Origin: Octopus sinensis
Lineage: Eukaryota
Direction of reading: 5' to 3'
DNA length: 64,000 nucleotides
Assembly (NCBI RefSeq): GCF_006345805.1
Contig: NC_043003.1
Coordinates: 66,588,001 to 66,652,000 of the forward strand
Below, one piece after another: positions 1 to 12,916 of this stretch. The position numbers and the translations under genes were made by a program. Under the pieces are notes generated by a model. That model was not told the origin of the DNA. It was given only the letters and a program-made list of their open reading frames with translations, and made no database searches. The stretch's first letter is position 1; every line of letters starts with the position of its first letter.

Positions 1-193
1 GGTACATATGCTATCGGTCTCTTTTGCCGATCCGCTAATGTTATGGAACACAAACACATGAACACCGGTTGTCAAGCGATGGCGAGAGCCAAACACCGAC
101 ACACGTGCTTCTGTCAGTTGTTTTTCAAATCAACTCACAAGGCTTTAGTCATCCCGCGAAGCCATAGTAGAAGACACTTGCCCAAGGCGTCAC
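1..193 (-). mobile_element. CORE-type tRNA-derived SINE (family B), partial, cut by gap
   Basis: Reverse complement of the ...CCTTGGGCAAGTGTCTTCTACTAT...GCCTTGTGAG... body and of the 3' half seen in the complete copies at 1392-1770 and 51644-52058. Confidence 0.8.
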
Positions 194-293
194 NNNNNNN
201 NNNNNNNNNNNNNNNNNNNNNNNNNNNNNNNNNNNNNNNNNNNNNNNNNNNNNNNNNNNNNNNNNNNNNNNNNNNNNNNNNNNNNNNNNNNNN
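194..293. other. Assembly gap (100 N)
   Basis: Run of exactly 100 N interrupting a SINE copy. Confidence 0.99.
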
Positions 294-421
294 ATTAATT
301 ATTTTCCTCTCTAAATTATATTCAATAAGTTCGTTGCTGTGAGGTCGGCAGAAATCGATATTTCATCGTAATCGGTTGTTAGTTGAGATAAAGGCCAAGA
401 CAATGTAATATGATATCAAAT

Positions 422-456
<35 letters not shown>

Positions 457-648
457 CAACACACAAACATTCACACCTATACATACATATACACACATGT
501 ATGCATATGTGTATGTATATGCGCATACATTCACTTGTATTTTCTGTATGTATCTCTATTTGCATATGTATGTTTTCAGGAAAACGCACACACATAGACA
601 CCTTGGTACATTTATATATATGTGTCCCTCTCTCTCTTTCTCTCTCTA

Positions 649-686
<38 letters not shown>

Positions 687-828
687 CACACACACACTCA
701 CATGTATGTATATATGTATGGTTGAGTGTATGTGTGCATGTACGCAAACACATATAAACACACGAATATATCCCTCCCTCTGTCTCTGCCAGTCTCTCTC
801 TGTCTCTTTCACCCTCCCTCGCTCTGTC

Positions 829-866
<38 letters not shown>

Positions 867-1391
867 GACACACACACATACAGACAAACACGCAAACGCA
901 AACACACACAAACACACACAAACGCACACCCACCCACACACCGACACACACACTGACACACGGTGCTGTACCCTCCGACAAAATGTCAATATGTTTAATG
1001 TCAAGTAGTATCAAGTGGCGACAGGGAAGAGAACAAAACTAAATAAATAAATAAATAAATATCGAAAAATAAAGGTAAAATAAAAAAAATAATAATAAAA
1101 TCAACAGAAAATAAAAATATAGAAAAATATATAAGAAACAAGGAATAAATAAATACATAAAATCTGTAAAGTATTATTTTAAAAAACAGAAAGAAAAATC
1201 AAGATGGCGACCGTTAAGAATTATCGCTGGACCCGCGAGAAAGAAACTACAAAGGACATACAATAAGCAATAAAAAGATATTTGCGACAAAGTGGTTTTA
1301 ATTATAGAATATCTGGACTTAACACGGGATGGTCATGGCTGTAAAGTTGTTGATGAAGATGAAAGTCTGGCTAATAGGGACATGGGTGCAA

Positions 1392-1770
1392 GAGTGGCTG
1401 TGTGGTAAGTAGCTTGCTTATCAACCACATTATTCCGGGTTCAGTGCTAAATGCGTGTTACCTTCTACTAAAGTCCCGAGCCGACCAAAGCTTTCTGAGT
1501 GGATTTGATAGACGGAAACTGAAAGACGCCTGTCGTATATGTATATATATATATATGTATGTATATGTTTGTGAGTCAGTGTTTGTCCCCGAAACATCGC
1601 TTGACAACTGATGCTGGTGTGTTTACGTCCCCGTAACTTAGCGGTTTGGCAAAAGAGACTGTTAGAATAGGTACTAGGCTTACAAAGAATGAGTTCCAGG
1701 ACCGATTTGTTCGACTAAAGTCGGTGCTCCAGTATGGCCGAACTCAAATGACTGAAACAAGTAAAAGAAA
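1392..1770 (+). mobile_element. CORE-type tRNA-derived SINE (family B, OR1/OR2-like), full length
   Basis: tRNA-like head TGGCTGTGTGGTAAG...GGGTTCAGT, then GACGGAAACTGAAAG, an internal (TA)n/(TG)n tract, and a 3' half ending GACTGAAACAAGTAAAAG. Many near-identical copies occur in the window. The likeness to octopus OR1/OR2 CORE-SINEs is from recall. Confidence 0.8.
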
Positions 1771-2084
1771 ATGGAAGAATATATATATGTGTGTGTGTGT
1801 GTAGGTGTGTGTGTGTTTGTCCACCCACCGATGCTGGTGTGTTTACGTCCCCTTAACTTAGCGGTTCGGCAAAAGAGACCGATAGGATAAGTACTAGGCT
1901 TACAAAGAATAAGTCCTGGGATCGATTTGTTCGACTAAAGGCGATGCCCCAGCATGGCCGCTGTCAAAAAGCTGAAACAAATAACAAAGATTAAAAGAAT
2001 GTCTAAATTCGAATAACATTATCATTATCGCGAACAAAACTTTAAGTAACAACATTATCACCATCAAGAACAATAATGATAATA

Positions 2085-2315
2085 ATCCTTCCTACTAAAG
2101 GCAAAAGGCCTGAAATTTAGGGGAGGGGTGACAACCAAATACATTGACCCCAGTACTCAACTGGTACTTATTTTATCGACCCCGAAACGATGAAAGGTAA
2201 AAATCGACCACGGTGTAATTTGAAATCAGAACGCAAAGACGTACAGAATGCGACTGAGAATACCATTAGAATCGTTACCGCGACGGTAACGATTCTACTA
2301 GCTCGCACCCTTACT
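2085..2315 (-). mobile_element. tRNA-derived SINE (family A), monomer
   Basis: Reverse complement of the family A central domain (CCTTTCATC...GGGGTCGATAAAATAAGTACCAG) and the short 3' end finishing in (ATT)n. Confidence 0.8.
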
Positions 2316-2340
2316 TCAGATAATTCAGCGTTGCCCTTCT

Positions 2341-2407
2341 GCTATGTTATGGGGACGTAAACACACCAGCATCGGTTGTCGATGTTGAGGGGACAAACAC
2401 AGACACA

Positions 2408-2448
<41 letters not shown>

Positions 2449-2630
2449 ACACAGATATATATATACGACAGGCTTCTTTTAGTTTCCGTCTACCAAATCA
2501 ACTCACAAGGCTTTGATCGACCCACGGCTATAGTAGAAGACACTTGTCCAAGGTGCCACGCAGTGGGACTGAACCCGGAACCATGTGGTTGGTAAGAAAG
2601 CTACTTACCACACAGCCACTTCTGCGCCTC
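2341..2630 (-). mobile_element. Family B CORE-SINE copy
   Basis: Reverse complement of the family B head, the CORE-like ACCTTGGACAAGTGTCTTC segment and the internal (CA)n. Confidence 0.85.
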
Positions 2631-3344
2631 CTTTTTTTAGCATCCTTTTCTCCCGGCTCTTTATGTTCTGAGTTAAAACGCTGCCAATGTCGACCTTACC
2701 TTCCGCCATTTTAGGATCGATAAAATAAAATACTACTCGAGGACTGTGGCTGGCGGTCGATATAAACGAGTTGCTCCTCTAAATTAAAACTGTCGGCCTT
2801 AGGCCAAAGCCCGAAACATACTTATGATTTGTATAGTAGTAGTAGTAGTAGTAGTGGTAGTGGTGGGGGTGGTGGTTAGGGACAGCAGATGGTGGAAACG
2901 GTACAGCGCGTGACAAAATGATATGCAATGTTTAAGTTATATGCTCATACTTCCGGTGTTCAGGAGCGGTTGGTGGTGGATTTTGTCTTTCATTCAGAGG
3001 AGGGACGATGGCGGATGGGGAGGAGGAGGAGGAGGAGAAAAATTAAATATCAATCAATTAACGGTGGGGATCTGTTTACTCGACCCTGTATTGGCCCCTT
3101 CCTACATTCATTGAACCTTGTAATTCTGCTCTTTGCTTAGAAATCAATATCGCAATCGCCGTCGCCGTCGTTGTCGTTGTCATTGTCGTCGTGTTCGTCG
3201 TCATTGCCATTAACTCAATCATCACTCACTGCACCATTTTCATCGTCGTTATCTTACTGGTCATCACCAACATTAGCAGCGTCATCAACATCGTTGTCGT
3301 CGCCGTCGTCATCTTCGTCGTTGTGGTCGTCGTCGTCGTCGCAG

Positions 3345-3345
3345 C

Positions 3346-3402
<57 letters not shown>
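3345..3402. repeat. (TAG)n microsatellite
   Basis: Pure GTA/TAG run; it explains the poly-Val and poly-Thr ORFs at 3191-3475. Confidence 0.95.
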
Positions 3403-3404
<2 letters not shown>

Positions 3405-3599
3405 CAGCAGCAGTACTAGTAGCACTCACTTCCACCACTGCCGTCACCGTCACCTCAATACTGCCACTATTATAACGACCAGTAAAAAGAGTAAAAAAGA
3501 GTAAACATTTCGTCCGGCACGCTAGTGATTATGCCCGCTCGACGTCTTAATAATAATAATAATAATAATAATGATGATAATAATAATGATAATAATAAC

Positions 3600-3815
3600 A
3601 AATTTTTACTACTCTAAGCACAAGGTCTGAAATTTTGGAAAGGCGGGGGATAGTCGATTGTATCGACCCCAGTAACAGGTACTCATTTCATCGACCCCGA
3701 AAAGATGAAAGGCAAAGTGGACCTCGACGAAATTTGAACTTAAAACTTCAAGACGGACGAAATATCGCTAAGCATTTTGCCCGGCGTGCTAATGATTCTG
3801 CCAGCTCGCAACCTT
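3600..3815 (-). mobile_element. Family A SINE monomer
   Basis: Same head, B-box (GTTCAAATT) and central domain as the other family A copies; flanked by (AAT)n. Confidence 0.8.
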
Positions 3816-3844
3816 CATAATAATTGTAATAGTAATAATAATAA

Positions 3845-4227
3845 GAATCTTTTCTACTCTAGGCACAAGGCCCGAAATTTTTGGGGAGGAGCAGTCAATT
3901 AGATCGAACCCAATACGCAACTGATACTAAATTTATCGACCCCGAAAGGATGAAAGGCAAAGTTGACCTCGGCGGAATTTGAACTCAGAACTTAACGGCA
4001 GGCGAAATACCTGTTTCTTTACTACCCACAATGAGCTAAACACAGAGAGACAAACAGATTAAGTCGATTATATTGAGCCCAGTGCGTAACTGGTACTTAT
4101 TTAATCGACCCCGAAAGGATGAAAGGCAAAGTCGACCTCGGCGGAATTTGAACTCAAAACGTAGCGGCAGACGAAATACCGCTAGGCATTCCGCCCGGCG
4201 TGCTAACGTTTCTGCCAGTTCGCCGCC
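3845..4227 (-). mobile_element. Family A SINE dimer
   Basis: Sense reading: head GGCGGCGAACTGGCAGAAACGTTAGCACGCCGGG (A-box), B-box GAGTTCAAATTC, central domain, linker, second B-box unit, then the terminal ...CCTTGTGCCTAGAGTAGAAAAGA. Confidence 0.85.
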
Positions 4228-4302
4228 TTAATAATAATGATGATGATAATGTTCATGATAATAATTATAATGATGGTGATGATGATGATGATGATGATGA
4301 TG

Positions 4303-4375
<73 letters not shown>

Positions 4376-4461
4376 TAATAATAATAATAATGATAATAAT
4401 AATAATAATAATAATAATATAATATAATAATAATAATAATAATAATATAATAATAATAATA
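4228..4461. repeat. (AAT)n/(GAT)n compound microsatellite
   Basis: Direct reading; source of the poly-N, poly-I and poly-M ORFs. Confidence 0.95.
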
Positions 4462-4998
4462 AATGCCCTGATGCAGTACCAGGCAGTGGCTCCCATGGCT
4501 TCTGTTATCATGTACATTGTTTTGTCTTGGTATAAAAGATGGGCTACAGCAAATATTCTGCTCAATACCACAGATTTGCTTGTCAGTTGTTTGACCTTAA
4601 CCAGTTGAGCATGTCCCTTAGTGGCTGACGATATGTGCATCGCTGATCACGAGCAGAAGTAGTGGGGGAGCATCATAGCCATGTGTTGAGAAGGATTCTT
4701 TGGGGTTTGAATAATTCACCTCTGGAAACATGGGTGTTTCGTTCAACGTCCTTAAACAACCCTTATTCAGGGACCTTTTGAGCGGGATGGGTTACTCGAT
4801 CTGAAGAAAATTCTAACTGGGCTCCACCTGCAAAGTCATGTGCTGTTTATCTTGATATGAGATCACCATGTCGCGCACATATGGTTGTGATGCATGTGCC
4901 TGGTGTACCCTTATCAGACGGGTAGTCATGATGGGTATACTGGGCTTCGTATATTTTACCCCAGTGTCACTTTGATGGCATGCTCTGCTCGCTCACTC
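4462..4998 (+). mobile_element. Non-coding interspersed element D, flanked by (AAT)n on both sides
   Basis: Its 3' part (from 4677) recurs near-identically at 42901-43222. Both copies end ...CACTC followed by (AAT)n. No real ORF. Confidence 0.7.
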
Positions 4999-5029
4999 AA
5001 TAATGATAATAATAATAATAATAATAATA

Positions 5030-5600
5030 ATCCTTTCTACGATAGGCACAAGGTTTGTAATTTTGGGCGATGGGAGCTAGTCGATTGCATCGACCCTAGT
5101 ACATAACTAGTACTTATTTCATCTATGCCGACATGATGAAAGTCAAAATTGACCTCGGCAGAATTTGAACTCAGAACATAAAGACGGACGAAATGCGGCT
5201 GAGCATTTTGCCCGGTGTGCTAACGATTCTGCCATCTTTTTGCAAAAAGAAAAAAAAAAAAGAAAAGAAAACAAAAATGCTGTTCCAAATTTTAGCCCAA
5301 GAACAACAATTTAGAGAGAGAGGAATTTAGTCGATTACTGTGACTCCGGTGCTTAACTGATAGTTTATTTTATTGACCCCGAGTGAATGAAAGGTAAAGT
5401 CAACCTCGAGAGCATTTGAACAAAGTGCCGGAAAACACGTCGTTAAGTATTTTGTTCGACGCGCTAATAATTCTGCCGTAATGGTCTCTAATTGAAACAC
5501 TTGGCGCGAAATGCTTAGGGGAAGGGTCCAGTCAATAATATCGACCGCAATACATGACTGGTACTTAGGTTTATCGACACTCGAAGGGGTCATGAATATT
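5030..5600 (-). mobile_element. Three degraded family A SINE copies in tandem
   Basis: Central-domain and B-box remnants at about 5030-5240, 5275-5480 and 5490-5600, all in the minus orientation. Confidence 0.7.
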
Positions 5601-5694
5601 TAACATTGGTGTAGTGAAAATCTGAACGCAGAGAGTCGGAACAAAAATCACAATAGAGGTAGTAGTGGCAGTAGCAGCAGCAGCAGCATTAGTG

Positions 5695-5727
<33 letters not shown>

Positions 5728-6191
5728 TATTCTTTATTGACCACAAGCTCACCGCTCTCAAAAAATGGCAAAATATTTATGGAGTAACTCGGTTCTGTTA
5801 TACATCCATATCCTTTGAACTTATTGGGTATTTTGGCAGCAAGAAAAAACGCCACGCTGGAAGCCGAAACCTTGGCACCGTTCCCATGGTCATTAGTAAC
5901 CACGATATACTTATCAGGGGTCATAATCCGCAAACTCTTATATATATACACAAATACATAGTTTCAAACCGTAGGCATATATATATATAATTTAGTATTA
6001 AATCTAATTTCGATTCAACATCTTATTTTCCTCCATTTTTTTATACTTGTTTATGGTATATTTATACCTATAACAAAAGTTTTCAACTGTTATTTTCATA
6101 TTCTTATTACTTGCTATCGCTGTTTTTTATGAATATGATGAATCTTTATTAGAAACATTTTCCTCTCTCTCTTTTTGGATCTGTCAAAAAT

Positions 6192-6228
6192 TTTGAATTG
6201 TTCTTTTTGAACTTATTTTTTCTCCCAT

Positions 6229-6278
<50 letters not shown>

Positions 6279-6320
6279 ATATAATAGGAGAAAAAATAAG
6301 TTCAAAAAGAACAATTCAAA
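6192..6320. repeat. Perfect 34-bp inverted repeat around a (TA)n spacer
   Basis: TTTGAATTGTTCTTTTTGAACTTATTTTTTCTCC (6192-6225) and its exact reverse complement at 6287-6320. Confidence 0.9.
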
Positions 6321-7239
6321 CTCTTATATATATATGTATAATATATATATATATATATTTTATTTAAAAGCAGCAGAAAATTACTCCGGTATGTATATAT
6401 ATATATATATAGAGAGAGAAGATAAGATAGATAGATAGATAGATAGATAGAGAGATATATAGATAGATGATAGATAGATAGATAAATATTATAGATCGTA
6501 TATATATATACTATATAATCTATATAGCTATATATATTCTATATATATCTAATATGTATGTATACGTAATTTTGTTTTAATGTTATGATAAACAATTTTA
6601 CGCTAAACTGATGGATTACTCCATAAGTTTGGTAATTATACAAATATTTTCAGGACTTCCTTCTGTTACGAATGATCATGAGACTGCACCACGAAAGTTC
6701 CCCTCCGAGGCTCAAGTCCGGACATGGTTGTTTTTGTGGAAAACCACCAGTCACCCCACTCCACGCCATCGATGTTGCCCAATGATTGAAGCATAAACTC
6801 CGAAAAAATTAACACACGCACATTCATACATATACATACATGCATATATATATTATATATATATATATATAATATATAATATATATATATATATATAATA
6901 TATATATATATACACATCTACACATCTACATACTTACATACATACATACATACAAGAATAATATGCAGAGTTAATAACAATAAGGAAAGTAATAAAACAG
7001 GCATAACGTTGCCGTTACTTCGAGGTCATTGTTACAAACTTTTCGATACAACTAAAAGCTTTATTACAAATTTAAATAGCTGTCATCCGTTTAGTCAGAA
7101 CGAGGCTAAGAAATACAGAAATTCGAAGATTTAAAGATTTATAATGCAGAACTTATTTGAAATGAAACGGTTTTCAAAGCATAAAGATATAAAAAAGGTG
7201 AAATAAAAGGGAGAGAGTAAGAAAATTGGGAGACAGCAC

Positions 7240-7241
7240 GG

Positions 7242-7330
<89 letters not shown>
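7240..7330. repeat. (TATC)n microsatellite
   Basis: Direct reading; source of the YLSI-repeat ORF. Confidence 0.95.
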
Positions 7331-7481
7331 GTTTGTCTGTCTGTCTGTCTATTTATTCATCTCTCTCTCTCTTTCTCTCTCTATTTGTCTATCTATCTGT
7401 CTGTCTATCGCTCATATATCTATCTTCGTCTTTCGTTTTTCTATAAATTTCAACTATATAATATATATATATATATATATG

Positions 7482-7559
<78 letters not shown>

Positions 7560-7734
7560 GTATGTATATATATATATATATACACACGCACATATATATA
7601 TATATATATCTATATATATATATATTATATTGTATAGAGGGCATTATTACACATAAATGCCTCACACTAAGAGGGACATAAGTCATTACTACCAAAATTT
7701 CACTAATCGTACCTATCATATATTTATGATATCG

Positions 7735-7915
7735 TATATCTGTGCATCAGATCGAAATTACCTGAACAGGTGAACGATGTGCTACAAGTCAGGTGTCGAT
7801 GTGATAGCAGATTAACGTGAGAAGAAGTGCTTTACTCAAAAACACAAATGCACCACCTAGAATTGAAACTACGATCTCACGATCGTGTGTGCGACACCCT
7901 AACCACTAGGCCATA
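7735..7915 (-). mobile_element. tRNA-derived CORE-like SINE, same family as 13810-14070
   Basis: Reverse complement begins ATGGCCTAGTGGTTAGGG and shares CTTCTTCTCACGTT...CACCTGAC...CACCTGTTCAGGTAA with the 13810 copy. Confidence 0.65.
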
Positions 7916-7932
7916 TATAATAACATACATGC

Positions 7933-7963
<31 letters not shown>

Positions 7964-8269
7964 CATACATACATACATACATACATACATACATACATAC
8001 ATACATGTCTGGGGTGTGCATTGATGTGTGATCATATGTTGGGTCGAAATCTCTTGTGTTGCTTTTCACTGTCTGTTGTTCCGTTAATATAACAGCATTT
8101 GGCATTTGTGCGGCCACAACAATTCCATTACCAAATGTTTTGTGTCTGTATTATTGTAGTTATTGATTTATACTCAAATTCTTGTTTAGAATTACAAAAC
8201 CGAACTGACTGTGGAAAATAATATCGTTGTTATTGACCCGACACGTAATATTAGACGAAATTTAAGAGA

Positions 8270-8420
8270 GCGAGCTGGCAGAATCGTTAGCACACTGTGC
8301 AAAATGCTTAGCGGCAGTTCGTCCGTCTTTATGTCTTGAGTTCAAATTCCGCCGTGGACCACTTTGCCTTTTACTTTTTTGAGGTTGATAAAATAAGTAA
8401 AAGTTAAATTCTGGGGTTGA
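8270..8420 (+). mobile_element. Family A SINE (the only plus-strand copy left of 18 kb)
   Basis: GAGCTGGCAGAATCGTTAGCAC...GAGTTCAAATTCCGCC. Confidence 0.8.
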
Positions 8421-8788
8421 TGTTATAGCAGAAATTTATGAGGCTTTTATTACGTTTGGTTGTTTAAGCTTAAATACTGCAGAATATGCTCAACAGACCA
8501 GTGGCTTACCAAACTAATATTGGTCGGTTACTAACTGTCCAATCGCGTGTCTGCAACAGTTTGTTTTCAACGCGGGAAAGACCAATTTGTCTCTAGAGCC
8601 TACCCAAGGTTATAAAAATCCTTGTCTTCTGCTTCGCTTGGTCTTTGGCAGTAGACATTGACCACACACCATGTCTCTTTGGACCAGCGTCGATAAACCA
8701 GAAATTCAGCCTGTCTCACAGATTTCTTCAACCAGCCTTCGGTCGTCATCGTTACCACAACAGACAGCAGACCACAGCCACATTAACA
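8421..8788 (+). mobile_element. Candidate solo LTR
   Basis: Bounded by TGTTA...TAACA (TG..CA with a 5-bp inverted terminus) and has an internal TATAAAAA. No target-site duplication was seen. Confidence 0.35.
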
Positions 8789-8802
8789 GGCCCGGCAGAA
8801 CT

Positions 8803-9217
8803 TCTTTCTTTATTGCCCACAAGGGGCTAAACATAGAGGAGACAAACAAGGACAGACAAACGGATTAAGTCGATTATATCGACCCCAGTGCGTAGCTGGT
8901 ACTTAATTTATCGACCCCGAAATGATGAAAGGCAAAGTCGACCTCGACGGAATTTGAACTCAGAACATAACGGTAGACGAAATACCTATTTTTTTATTAT
9001 CCACAAGGAGTTAAACACAGAGAGGACAAACAAGGGCAGACAAACGGATTAAGTCGATTATAACGACTCCAGTACATAACTGGTACTTATTTAATCGACC
9101 CTGAAAGGATGAAAGGCAAAGTGGACCTCGGCGGAATTTGAACTCAGTACGTAGCGACAGACGAAATAACGCTAAGCATTTCGCCCGGCGTGCTAACGGT
9201 TCTTCCAGCTCGCCGCC
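8803..9217 (-). mobile_element. Family A SINE multimer
   Basis: Head at the 9217 end plus two B-box/central-domain/linker units. Confidence 0.85.
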
Positions 9218-9350
9218 TTTACCTACGTATATATGCAATAGGCAACTATGTCTACAGATGCACATGCACATGCGCATGTACAAACACACATGCTCACACT
9301 CTCTGGCAAACATTCGCACTCAAAGAACATATAAACACCACACACACACG

Positions 9351-9400
<50 letters not shown>

Positions 9401-10260
9401 TACACACACACATACACACACACAGATTCAGCAGTGTTTGTGAGGTTGGGATGGGAGGAAACCCTACCGAACACGCCTTATTTCTTATTCAAACAGAAAC
9501 ACGCATAAACTCAATGTAATGTGCCGTGAAAACATTGGATCGTCGCGAAAATAATATCGAAAGACTTTCATACATTTGAACTGTGACAAGAGCGAAACCA
9601 GTCGGCTGGAACACTTTTCGCTGAAACCGATCCATTTGAAACAATAATTTTATCTTATTCTATCGTATTTTTTTATTTTATCTCATTTTATCTTATTCTA
9701 TTTTTATTTTATTGTATTGTATTCATATTTTCTTTTAGTTTAGTTTTGTTTCAGATTCGAAGAATGAAATTCTATTGTAATATATGATTTCTGGTTCTTT
9801 ATATTATATTATTCTTTATTTGTGCATTTTTATTCACAAGGCACTCGTGTAGGACAAAGCGGTAGACACTCGAAGGACAAAATGCCTTACTATAATTAGT
9901 TACGGGCTTTTGTGGAGTGTTGGGTATGTGTGTGGGGCGTCGGTTGGTTTTGGTTTTGTATTAACCATTCCGTGTCGTACAACACATCGATCGGTGCCAC
10001 GCCTGCAATGTTTTACGGTTTCTTCCTTTATGGTGCTCCATAAGAAGAGGTTATTAGCTTCTACTTCAAACCTCTTTTCTCTTTCTCTCTCTCCCTTTCT
10101 CTCTTTCTCCCTCTTTTTCTCTTTCTCGATATATATATGACGAAAGGGAGATTTTTGTGTGACATTCTTTTTCGACGTGCGCATCGCAACCGATTCCGAC
10201 AAATATATAGTATATATCAAGAAAAAAAAAGAGTGGGAGAAGGAGGGAGAGGGAGAGAGA

Positions 10261-10299
<39 letters not shown>

Positions 10300-10399
10300 G
10301 AAATAATCGGAACTAGTACTTGATTTGTACTTTATTTACCCCGCGCCAGGGACAAAAGAAAAATATGACCACATATATTTTTAATATGTTGAACTATAG

Positions 10400-10556
10400 G
10401 CATGGCTGTGTGGAAAGTAGCTTGCTTAACAACCACATGGTTCCGAGCTCAGTCCCACCGCGTGGCACCTTCGGCAAGTGTCTTCTACTATAGCCCCGGG
10501 CCAACTAAAGCCTTGTGGGTGGATTTGGTAGACGGAAACTGAAAGAAGCTCGTCGT
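10400..10556 (+). mobile_element. Family B CORE-SINE, 5' half
   Basis: GGCATGGCTGTGTGG...CACCTTCGGCAAGTGTCTTCTACTATAGCC...GAAGCTCGTCGTATAT. Confidence 0.85.
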
Positions 10557-10620
10557 ATATATAAAAGAATTCAATAAATGGGACCAATAATTTCAAGGTA
10601 TCATGTCTGTGTCTTCCCTC

Positions 10621-10694
<74 letters not shown>

Positions 10695-10934
10695 TTATTT
10701 GGTTCCTGATCACATTAGAAGGTTTTAATTTTGCCGTCTTCAGAGCAGAGGTTAAAATGTGTACCAGTAAGATTCTAAGGTCGAGAAAATCGACTGTTGC
10801 CCTCCTCGTAAAGTGCATATTCCCACCTATCTTAGAACATAAGCATTTCGAAGCCTGCTTTCGTCGGTTTCACCTTTCTTGTTTTTGTGGTCGGAATAAT
10901 AAACTGTTTACCATCAACCACAAAAAGAAAGGGG

Positions 10935-10966
<32 letters not shown>

Positions 10967-11559
10967 AACATATCCTGACAATTCCCTGTGCAAGAAATCA
11001 ATATATAGTCCCGCCCCTTTATGTTTTTATCTCTCTCAAATCTCACTTAGGGGATTCGTTTGTGCCTTTCATCTCTGCGGTATCGATAGAATTTTGACCA
11101 GCCAAGTAATGGAGTCGATTAGGACGAACCGCAACCCTTCCTCCGAAATTTGTATTAGCTTTGTGTCAGTGCTGGAAGGAGGCGAATATGGTGGAGTGAG
11201 TGTGGGGTGCAGTGGTGGAGGTATTGGAGAGTCATCGGATCAACACACTGAATAACTTCTTTTACATTCTCCATTGAAATCCAGCGGGAGCGGATTTTTT
11301 TCCTTTTCCCTTTTTTTTTTCATCTTTGCGAGGATCAATAGCACAACTAAAGGCTCCATCAGTTCCCCGGTGTTTATAAAGATGACGAATCTAAAAGAAA
11401 AAAAAAAACCCTAAACTCTATAACAAAGTTAACTACGCAAAAGGAGACTCAGATATAATTTACCATAAGGTTTCTAAAAAAAAAACGTGGTGAGCGGGAG
11501 AAAATTTAGGGTTATGGGCTGGGTACATAGCTCATGTGCTTAAAACATATCTAGGGATA

Positions 11560-11750
11560 TTCTTTTCTACTCTAGGCACAACGCCCGAAATTTTGTGGGG
11601 AGGAGGCCAGTCGATTAGATCGACTCCAGTACGCAACTGGTACTTAATTTATCGACTCCGAAAGGATGACAGGCGAAGTCGACTTCGACGGAATTTGATC
11701 TCAGAACGTAAAGACGAAATACCGCTAACGTTTCTGCCAGCTCGCCGCCT
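11560..11750 (-). mobile_element. Family A SINE monomer
   Basis: Reverse complement of head, B-box, central domain and short terminus. Confidence 0.8.
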
Positions 11751-12916
11751 TATATGTAGGAATATTACATCTAGAAATGATTTGTTGTTCATTATACAGG
11801 GATAGTTAACTTGCTTTACTGGACTGCGGCCATACTGGTGCACCACCCAGTCGAAGAAATCGCCTTCAGTACTTATTTTAAAAATGTCTCCTACTTATTA
11901 TATGGGTCTCTTGAAGCGCTAGGTAATAAGGAACTTAAAAACAACAACCGACACAAGTTGTTATCAAACATAGAGTTGTATTCACAGATACAGATATGCG
12001 ACGGGGTTCCACACAGTTTCTGCCTCCCAAATTCATTCGTTAGGGATTGGTTGGTGCGGGACTATAGTAAGGTTCTTGCCAAGGTGCTGCGCAGAGGTGT
12101 TGAACACGAAACCATGTTGCAAGGCGACGTTCTCAACTACACAGTCATGCCTTCGCCATGTTAGGTAAAAGCTATAAAAAGAATATCATGTCCTCAAAAA
12201 AAATGAAGAACACCCAAGAAACCAAGATAAATCTGCGAAAGAATATTGCCTCCGGTTGATGTTTGTTATCTTTATAAGCTTCAGTTCTTCTCACAAAATC
12301 TTGGCCCAACACCAAAGTGAGGAACCCTTATTTTTCTCGTTTATCTATAGTGAGAAGATATTTTTGGCCATAGATTCCCAAGCATAAGTGATGGATGGTC
12401 ATGTATGGAACGCATTAATACATCGGCTTGATTAATCAGATGTGAAATGAGAGTAAAGAGCAACAACAAAAATCTTTATTAATTTCTTTCACGATAATCT
12501 TAGCCACGTTTGTAACGTAACACCAAACAAGGGTAGAACTTGAAACCGGTTCGACGTAACCGAGTGACCACTTTGATACATATTGTCTTTAGCCATCCTG
12601 TGGTATTCGTTTTAGACTAAGGTCAGCAATTTTGAGAGGAGGTGGGGGGTAGCTCGATTACATCGATCCTGCGGCTCAACTGGTGTTTATTATATTGATC
12701 TCGAAAAGATGGAAGCCAATGTCGACGTCAGCAGCATCGGAAGTCAGAACGTAAAGAGCCAGAAAAAATACCACCAAGCATTTTACCCGGCGCGGTAGCG
12801 ATTCTGCGCTTTCGAAGCCTTTTGTTATGGCTCCAAATTCTGGCACACAGCTACAAATTTTAGTAGACAGGCAAGTCGATCACATCGATCCCATTGCTTA
12901 ACAAATACATATTTTA

